Assembly: GCA_051530055.1 (NCBI GenBank)
Contig: CM121341.1
Location: forward strand, 13,184,784 to 13,248,783
DNA: 64,000 nt
DNA from: Neoechinorhynchus agilis
Taxonomy: Eukaryota; Animalia; Acanthocephala
Reading direction: 5' to 3'
The stretch's first letter is position 1. Each line of letters begins with the position of its first letter. The notes under the pieces are model-generated. The model did not search any database. It was not told the DNA's origin and saw only the letters and a program-made list of their open reading frames with translations. Position numbers and translations under genes: made by a program. Of this stretch, positions 24,379-32,924 are shown piece by piece.

Positions 24379-24650
24379 CTCCTCGGATTTAAACTTTCAC
24401 TAATTTATTTTCGATATTTCAGGACTTAATAACGTTGAGACTATCCGATTTGAAATATCGGAATTAAATTAGTTAAAGTTTTAATCCGAGGGGTGGTATA
24501 ATTGAGAAAAAGAAAGCATCGAAAATCCTTCAATCTTTTTTATAGCGAATTATAAGCAATAGGCTGAAGAAGGCTTACGCGAAGGTCGAAAATTATCAAA
24601 TAAATCAATTATTATAATTCGCTATAAAAAAGTAGATGTTGAACATCTTT
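24379..24650. repeat. Dispersed repeat made of nested hairpins; half-copy of the 31-kb foldback element
   Basis: Near-identical to 31006-31240 (inverted) and 31476-31660 (direct). Internal inverted repeat ttttatagcgaattata / tataattcgctataaaa. Confidence 0.9.
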
Positions 24651-25315
24651 ACAATCCTAGAATCTACAAAAAGGTAAAAAACGCTTTTGTATATGGGTTT
24701 CTTGCGATGATCTGTACATTAATGAGAAATCAACTACATAAAAAGACTTTTTAGAGGTTAATAGATCGGAAATCAATATTCTAGAAAGCGAAAACTGATT
24801 GAATTTATTTCCTGTAACCTGGACTCAAAAAGTGCAATCATTTAAACTGTTCCCAAAATATTTATCTAATTTTTCCCATTTATAATAAATAAAATTTCAG
24901 ATTGGAGTACGATCGAAATGAGAACAACTCACGTGATATCTGTAGCGATTGAACGGTGAGCGGGAAGATATATAATAACTATTGCCGTTCGGTTTGAGTT
25001 CGCCTGAAAATCACGGGAAAAAGTCGAAGATTTCCGTTTAAAATGGAAAAGGCGATGAAGGAAAATGAACTTTTAGTGCATAAAAATGGTAGTCGTTATT
25101 TTTCAAAAACGAAGAAACGCTTCCATTTCCTATTCATTTTAGTCGACGCATTCATCAACGACCGAGACGATAATTATTGGTAAAGTTTAAAAACCGTGAA
25201 ATAGTGTTCGGTTTACTAATAATATCCCGAAAAGGTCTAATAACGCGTCGCAAAACTCGAGACTGAGCAGATTAGAGAATCATAAACGAGGCATTTCATT
25301 GCCTATAATCATTCC

Positions 25316-25508
25316 TAATTTCGAAAATGGACACTTGGGCTGTTGTAATGACAAAAAGAAAATGTTTATTTCTGAGCTTTCGTCGTCTTACGGCTTCTTT
25401 TAAAGCTTACAAACAATTCCTGAAAAAAAACCGTAAGACGACGAAAGCTTAGAAATAAATATTTTCTTTTTGTCATTACAACAGCCCAAGTGTCTATTTT
25501 CGAAATTA
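25316..25508. mobile_element. MITE family B, 193 bp, terminal inverted repeats of about 78 bp ending in TA
   Basis: TAatttcgaaaatggacacttgggctgttgtaatg... is the near reverse complement of ...cattacaacagcccaagtgtctattttcgaaatTA. Confidence 0.85.
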
Positions 25509-25687
25509 CAAAAACTCGATCAAAGTAGTGTTTCACAAATATCTGTGATCATTTAAAAATACGTCACTTACCGATTGGATCGGAAAGAAAATAACATTAA
25601 TTCAAATCAACAATTGATGACGGTTGTTGTTTTACTATTGTTTTCCTATAGATTTCCGCTTTAATCCATCTTTTGATATTGGTTCGA

Positions 25688-28483
25688 ATGCACAATTCCG
25701 CCCGCCAAGTCTCTTCGGTGTCAAATAATTGCATAAGACGTGTTGTAAATCATCGCAAGAGTCACAATCCTCACGATATCGAAATAGATTTGATTGATTT
25801 GAATCGAAGAGCTAGTCGATTACACACGTTGTTGACCAATGACACCAAAGGAATAGTGATGGAATCCTTGAGAAGATTGACTCAACTGACCCATGAGAGT
25901 CAAATTGACCTTGTTAGCATGATAAGCCGACTAAGCACTTTTGAACGCGATTTGCCCGAATGCAAAACGGCGGTGGGCAGCGGACTAAAGTATAGCGGAT
26001 ATCAATCGGTTGTTGATTTCTATCACACCGGAATACGGAAAACAATCGATCATTTGAAGGCGTGTTCTGAGTTGACAAGTAGAAGAATATTTTTCGGACA
26101 TCCATTGTCCAGTACGTGGACTAAACAACTCGTAGCTTGGGAAAAGCTTCTTCGGCTTTTGGTGGACACGATCAAGCTAAGTAGATGCCTGATGGATTTT
26201 CGTTGGATCCTTAGAAAAAATCTATTAGCCGTTCTAATATACTGTTGAGAAATAGTTCCAGCCAGAATCTTTTTATCCAGATTTCGGCAATGACCGACGA
26301 TGAGAAACGGGTCCTTTTCAAACATTTCACGCCGTCTTCTGTCCCATTCGGGCGAACCCTTTCTTTTCAATTCGACGAGTCATTGTTCTATCTTATGAAC
26401 GCAGGAGCCGTTCTTATGGCCGCGTTCGCAGACTCAAGATACCAACAAAACGTTATCCGACATCTTGCCACAGCGATTAATTCACCCAAATATATCCTCG
26501 ATCCAGAACTTAAAGCCGAAAGAGTTGCTCAAGTTCTCCGAGAACTGGATATTGATTTGTGCAAATCGTTTTGGGAACTAACCGATTCTGACGCGTTTAT
26601 AGTTCGTACATATTTTCCGTTTTGTTTTAATTAGAGTATTTAGGTAAGCTCCAGATTATCAGCATCTCGCGACTTAAGTTCGACTTTGGAGACAAAGATA
26701 AACCGGAAGCTAATAATCCATTGCACAGATCGTATGAAGCAGATGTTCGAGAAGACCGATCAACAACTTGACAGAGTTAATATTCGGTTCTTAGCAGCGA
26801 ATTCCGAGCTCGATTCGCCGGCTAGCAGGATACTTTTTCTACAAATCCACGGAGGCGGATACGTAGCGATGTCATCTCGATCTCATCAGGTTGTTAATCC
26901 ACCTTAAGTATGTTGTTTTTCAGGTTTCACGGAATTCATTTAGCTATACTTGTCGCATTGGGTTAACAAATTCAACATTCCTGTAATATGTGTTGACTAT
27001 GGACTTTCTCCGGAGTATTATTATCCACGAGCACTCAATGAATGTCTAGCGGCCTATGTTCATATAATAGAAAATGCAAACAAATTTGGTTAGTATTCCA
27101 GTAATACAGAAACGAACTTTCAGATTGTCATACAGTTTTCTATTTGGTTACTTTTCTTTACATTCACCACCTCCCACCAAATTCCAGCTTTTGTCCTTCC
27201 TCGACCGTCGCCATCACGCTGGCAGCATTGCCCCGTCCTTTAAAATTAAGTATATTATCCATCAAAACAGTTTTCGCTTATGTATGGACCCGAGTTTTTA
27301 GTTAGAACGAAATACCATTGAGCCCGTATAACTCCGAGGTTTTATTAGAGCGTTCATATAAAGTGAACCCGAACGAAATACTATCTTACGTTCTTAATGT
27401 TGTTATGGACGACATTTCTTGAGAATGTCAACCCGTTTGACAGTAAGACAGACGTGATAGTTTCCATAGATAGATCAATCTAGCCTCCCCCCTTATCAAT
27501 CTATTTCAGCATTTTGTCGTTTGATCCAAACATACTTTGAGACTATCGTATGCCTTCGTTAGCATTGGTCATTGAATAGTAACCTGAAAACCACTTATTT
27601 TTTCGTATCCTTGGTGCAATGTTTTGAAACACGTTCTTCTGCTAATTTACAGGATGGACAGGGGAGAAGATCGTAGTGATGGGCGACAGTGCTGGTGGAA
27701 ACCTAAGCACGGCTCTTGCTTTCAAGCTGGAACGATTGGGTATCTTAAAAAGAATCGATCATCTGATTCTGTTTTATCCAACCTTATCTCTGATACCGAC
27801 TGTATCACCAAGCCGACTGCTATCAATGTTCGATCTCGTCCTCAACGGAAACGTTGCTCTACATTTCGCACTGGGTAAGTAATGTGTACCAATTGTTGAG
27901 CCAAATGGCATTGCTATTTCTCTTTTCTGTATTTTGTTATCATCGCGGCAGCGGCAGCAGTAGATATCGATCAGCCTGAATGCGTCTGAAAGGAAGCATT
28001 TAAAAAAAGTGAAAACCTTGTGGAATTCAAACGCGCACAAATACCTCCTTACCACTTTTTACAGCTTACATGGGTGTGAGAAGTGTGCCAAAGAACGACC
28101 AAGAGCCGGGCATGGCTAAGGATGTTGTGGAACACCTTGAGCGATTTCAGGAACAATTATCCAACCCTCTCGTGTCGCCATTATGTGCTAGCGAACAAGA
28201 TCTTGCCAAACTTCCTCCGCTGGACATCTTTGTAAGTTCAGTGATTATTTTCAGGATTCCATGACTGAAAAAAGTTAAGGTCAGCAAATGTGATCCTATG
28301 TTGGACGATTCTATCACATTGGCGCAACGATTAGGCCATGCACACATAGGAATTAACGTTCATCTCGTCGATGGAGTGCCTCATGGATTCCTGAACATGT
28401 TTACGGCTTCCAAATTGTGCACAAAGGTGTACAATGAATGTACAAACACGATTGGTAATCTTATTAAGTCCATTCTTGAATAA
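25688..28483 (+). CDS. LIPE: Hormone-sensitive lipase, 7 exons
   Basis: HSL N-terminal domain (FGRTLSFQF, KSFWELTD), HGGGYV, VDYGLSPE...PRALNEC, GDSAGGNL, NPLVSPL, DPMLDDS, PHGFLN. All six introns resolve as GT-AG (e.g. 26162-26214, 26602-26643, 26890-26943, 27089-27652). Confidence 0.93.
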
Positions 28484-28583
28484 ACGGGTAACCATTGTTC
28501 TCGATGACTTACATATTCAATTTTTCCGTCAGTGTGATCATTTTAGAGTTTATCTGTGCTTAAGCCATCTAAACAATCATTTT

Positions 28584-28696
28584 AGTCTGGCTAGCCGATT
28601 ATATTTATTCTGTGTTGAAGAGAGGCCTTTTCCACGGCTAACCAATAAAATTATCAGCTGATGAAAAGGCCTCGCTTCAACACAGAATAAAAAATG
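28584..28696. mobile_element. Family A palindromic MITE-like copy
   Basis: agtctggctagccg terminus; 29-bp arms with 1 mismatch (28604-28632 / 28663-28691); core in reverse orientation. Confidence 0.75.
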
Positions 28697-30060
28697 TTTA
28701 TTGATGTTTACGGATATTTAGGCGTAATCGCAACTATTCAAATTTCTAGGTTTTTTAGTTTAGTTCGTGCGTGGGTTTTTTAAAGATTTTGTAAAATCTC
28801 GATTCAACCCACGTTTTTCCTCGCAGGGCTCGCTTTCCCCATCTAAGACCCATAAAAACCTGGCATCTGGTCCAATTTGATATCAATCGCCTCGAGTAAC
28901 TGCATTCTAGAGAACTTTGTTTCCCTCGTGCATAGAAAAAATTGTGCAACTGAAGCTGATAAAAAACATCATATGGAGCAAATTATGCATATAATTCAAA
29001 TATCCTGCTTGCGAAAACTTAGCAAACATGGCTTTGTAATTTTTTATACTAATTCTTAACGTTCGTCTTTGCTCTCGCACCCAAAACAACCCTGTATTTT
29101 GGACACTGTTATCGAACGGGTTCCCAAACTACATTCGGGGAAAGCCTTTTAACACTGTCGAATGGGAGTTTGGCGACAGCTGTGATGATGGTGGAGCCAT
29201 TCACTCACCTTCTTAAGGCGTTGGTGTATGCCTTTTTATCTCCGTTGAAGTGACAAAATGGACTCTTTAAACCTGGCGAAGAAATTATACTGATTTTATT
29301 TTAAAATCTGATATTTTGGCACAATCTTGTGCCTTTATCAAGGTTGTTTGCTGAGAGTTTAATTTCTTCGCCAGAAAACAACCAATATGAACAGTTCAAT
29401 CCTCGAACGCTCTTTAAACCTATATGCTCGAAATCCAAAGGACTATTTAAAGTTCAGCGCACGCTGAATAACGCTGTGTACGAACAGGTTGACTTGCGGG
29501 GCAGAGGTCGCAGTAGATTTTTCATTTTGTTAAGTGTTCCTTTAAATATACGAGAAACAACATAGAAGTGTGAAGTTCATTTTAATCATCGTTCGGAGGC
29601 TGCCGAAATATCGATTTAACAAAATTTCTTCAATTTCTTGGTCATAAACAAGACCACAACTAGAATTTTTCAAATTATTCGGATACGCGACCATCGAACT
29701 TCCAAAAAAAAGAGGAATCGCTTTCAGAATGATGAAATAGACTCGGTGCTTTTCACAACATCCAAAAAGAGAACAACTGAATGGGAGCTATGAAACATTT
29801 CGAAGAGTTCCTTAAGTACCTTCTGTATTGCTTGCGAATATTCGGACAAGTGTTTTTTATATCAGAATGATCAGCAAGCACGCTGAAGAGAATACTTTTA
29901 AGAGTGGTGTCTATTTGCCATTTGAAGTTTTGCGGAAAAACAAAAACCCCGCTGAAATAAAGCAATCCATTTTTTCTGGTCAAATCATTAAACTTTTTTA
30001 TGGTTTCTTGGATAGATAACAAGCTACTCGATTATTGAAATGGATAAACATTTCTGTCTT

Positions 30061-30589
30061 TCAAAGAGACACCTTGGTCGATTCCTTAAGAGACTGATCA
30101 ACTGGCTCCATGCAATACGGACAAGTGAAACTTTTCATAAGAAGCCATTTATCTACACACTCGAGATCGAATCTATAAGAAACTCCAAATCCGATCTCAA
30201 GTTGGCGTACGCAATCTTTATGGAAACTATGCATACAGGGCAGCATCCGGATATCGTCATCCTTATCGAATTCGATCATACATATGATACACTCGTCCGG
30301 CGGATTATTGCAACCATCATCATCATCATCATCGTCGCTGCCGCCTGATTTCTTCACGTATTTATGAACCGGCAAGGCATCCAAAACGGATTCCTTAATG
30401 GCACGGTTCATATCTTCCATCGACCGGGCCTGAAGTTCCGAAGAAGAAGATGGATAAAAACGACACAGGAGGTTTCAAAAGATCGAACACTCCATCGTCG
30501 TTCTGGTTTCGCGTTCTAACAATCCAATATGAATCGTAGTCTGCTGATGGCTCAGAACGTGAATTCGAGTACGAAAAACGGCTTCCCAT
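30061..30589 (-). CDS. RNF11: RING-H2 protein, RNF11-like, copy 2
   Basis: The C-terminal 330 bp or so are near-identical to copy 1. The distinct N-terminus MGSRFSY joins via a predicted 37-nt GT-AG intron (gtgtcg...cttcag). It carries the same 54-nt hairpin insert. Confidence 0.8.
30154..30207 (-). other. Second, identical copy of the 54-nt RING hairpin insert
   Basis: Sequence identical to 21686-21739. Confidence 0.65.
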
Positions 30590-30766
30590 CTAAAACAACG
30601 GAAACCATGGAAAGTATTCGAAGAATCCTTAGTTTTGATTGAAGAGTGTGTCTATGGTCAATCAAAACTAAAAAAGATGAAGAAGGAATCTAACCATAGA
30701 GTTCACCTTTACTTAGAAATCCGTTCGTTTGATCTGCCTTCAGCGTAGACAAAACATAGAGAAATT

Positions 30767-30863
30767 ATCTATGTGTAGCCTTTTTCAAGGCTGATAATTT
30801 TCTTTGGGCCAGCCGTGAAAAGGGCTACACAAAGATTCTGAAAAATTACCGGCTGGGCAGACT
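30767..30863. mobile_element. Family A palindromic MITE-like copy
   Basis: 20-bp arms (atctatgtgtagcctttttc / gaaaagggctacacaaagat), core caaggctgataattttctttgggccagccgtg, terminus ccggctgggcagact. Confidence 0.7.
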
Positions 30864-31005
30864 TCAAAAATAAAGAAATTAGTTTTTCCACTTCGGGGGG
30901 AGGATTTAAATTCACTAATTTATTTCTGATATTTCACGTTGGATAATTCCTACATTTTCCCGAGGTTTGCCATTTCTTGCAAGTCTGCATCGGAAATAAA
31001 TTAAC

Positions 31006-31660
31006 TTTTTTATAGCGAATTATAATAATTGATTTATTTGATAATTTTCGACCTTCGCGTAAGCCTTCTTCAGCCTATTGCTTATAATTCGCAATAAAAA
31101 AGATTGAAGGATTTTCGATGCTTTCTTTTTCTCAATTATACCACCCCTCGGATTAAAACTTTAACTAATTTAATTCCGATATTTCAAATCGGATAGTCTC
31201 AACGTTATTAAGTCCTGAAATATCGGAAATAAATTAGTAATATATTGATAGTTGCAACCTTATTAGCCTTCCCGATGACTGATTTATTTGTACGATTTTT
31301 CGTCTGCATGCAGACCTCTTCAGGTATCTAGAATAGTACATGGTGAGTGTAACTTGGGCAGAACTCGGGTGCCCGGGCGAAAATTCGTACAAATAAATCA
31401 GTTATCGGAGAGGTTAATAAGGTTGCAACTATCAATAAATTGGAATTCCTCCCGATTGAAATCAAAGACAAAATAAATTAGCGAAAGTTTAAATCCGAGG
31501 GATGGTATAACTGAGAAAAAGAAAGCATCGAAAATCATTCAATCATTTTTATAGCGAATTATAAGCAATAGGCTGAAGAAGGCTTACGCGAAGGTCGAAA
31601 ATTATCAAATAAATCAATTATTATAATTCGCTATAAAAAAAGTAGATGTTGAACATCTTT
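31006..31660. mobile_element. Foldback-like element of about 650 bp (large imperfect palindrome)
   Basis: The outer arms are inverted copies of the 24.4-kb repeat. Inner inverted repeats attgatagttgcaaccttatta / taataaggttgcaactatcaat and tgatttatttgtacga / tcgtacaaataaatca surround a spacer of about 80 nt. Confidence 0.8.
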
Positions 31661-32092
31661 AAAATAAATAACTGAATAACAAAACTACCAAAACAAAGCC
31701 ACCTTCTCCCACTCCGAAGATAATAATCCAAGGCATAAAGAAATTATTTATTCTAGCGACAAGAATAATCGATCAGTTTACGTGTTTCGACGAATACGTC
31801 ATCACTTTCGCATCCCAATCAACACGGAAGAATCATTGAACGCAAAAACATATTGTTTCATTGCATTATTGGGCATGTTTTTTCTAAAAAAAATATCGAC
31901 TAAGCTGCAAATGGAGACGAAGATGGATGGTTTGGGTGTACGATTTAATCGAGAACCAAGATTCATTCTTCCCGCCCATTAATCGACGCATACGCGTGCG
32001 ATGTCAGCGCGTGCGCATTCTCCTTTTAAATAGACGACGCACACAGCAAGCTTTGGTCCTTGGAGGATTTTAAAACCTATAACCGTACAACG

Positions 32093-32764
32093 ATGAAGTC
32101 AAACGAGTATCCTTCTTCTTTTGATCAAGTGAATCGATGGGAGCGAATGCGCCGTCGTAGTCATTGTCAAACGTCTACGCCTCTGTCGGTCATCGAGTGT
32201 TCGCTGAGTGCGAAACGCCGCTTAGGGCCGTGTGAACCGCTTCCGCGCAGCCCTTACACGACGCCGACAACAAGACCGAGTCCCCTGACGGGTCATGACA
32301 TCTACCGACGAAGTACGACGAAATTTATTGGCCTTGAACCGATTTTTAGCGACTACCAGCCTCAGAAACAGTCGAGCGGCGCTAAGCAACCGGATATCAC
32401 GGAAAAACTTCCTCTGTCTTATTTGATGATTAATGAGCACAAAAAAGCGAATGAGACTGCACCGGCGATAACGTCCAAAGAAAGCTCGTCAATGGGTGCT
32501 ACGTCTCCAATTCCTTCAACGGATACTAAAATATCGGCGAGAAAGGTCGAGCTGGATGACGAGACCAACGCACCGGCACCGCCTGTCAAACGACCACGAT
32601 CGTCCCGATCAATGCCAAAATTCGAACCTATGATGACGAGAAGTCGAAAGGCGATTGCCGAATCGATAAGGAAGACTGAACGACGACCTACGAAATGGAA
32701 CGGGGTACGAAGATCGACCAGAAAAGTCGCGACGGCAGCACAAACTGCGTCGAAGTGCGCTTAG
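32093..32764 (+). CDS. Intronless orphan ORF, basic and S/T/P/R-rich, probably disordered
   Basis: ORF open 32060-32764, first ATG at 32093, higher GC than the flanks. No recognised domain. Confidence 0.55.
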   Translation: MKSNEYPSSFDQVNRWERMRRRSHCQTSTPLSVIECSLSAKRRLGPCEPLPRSPYTTPTTRPSPLTGHDIYRRSTTKFIGLEPIFSDYQPQKQSSGAKQPDITEKLPLSYLMINEHKKANETAPAITSKESSSMGATSPIPSTDTKISARKVELDDETNAPAPPVKRPRSSRSMPKFEPMMTRSRKAIAESIRKTERRPTKWNGVRRSTRKVATAAQTASKCA

Positions 32765-32924
32765 AAGCGGACGGGTGTGCGTATGAGAATATAAATATAG
32801 AAAGAGACGAGTCATCGAGGCAAGGAAGAGCAACTCACTTTTTGGAAGAACGCATATTCAGTGTCATCGTTGAGCTGGTCTTTGCAATCTAAGAAATGTG
32901 TTCATATTTGTTCGGCTGGATACT

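Noticed and set aside
26162-26256. Apparent non-canonical first intron of HSL
   Set aside because: A GT-AG intron at 26162-26214 restores frame and gives a good alignment.
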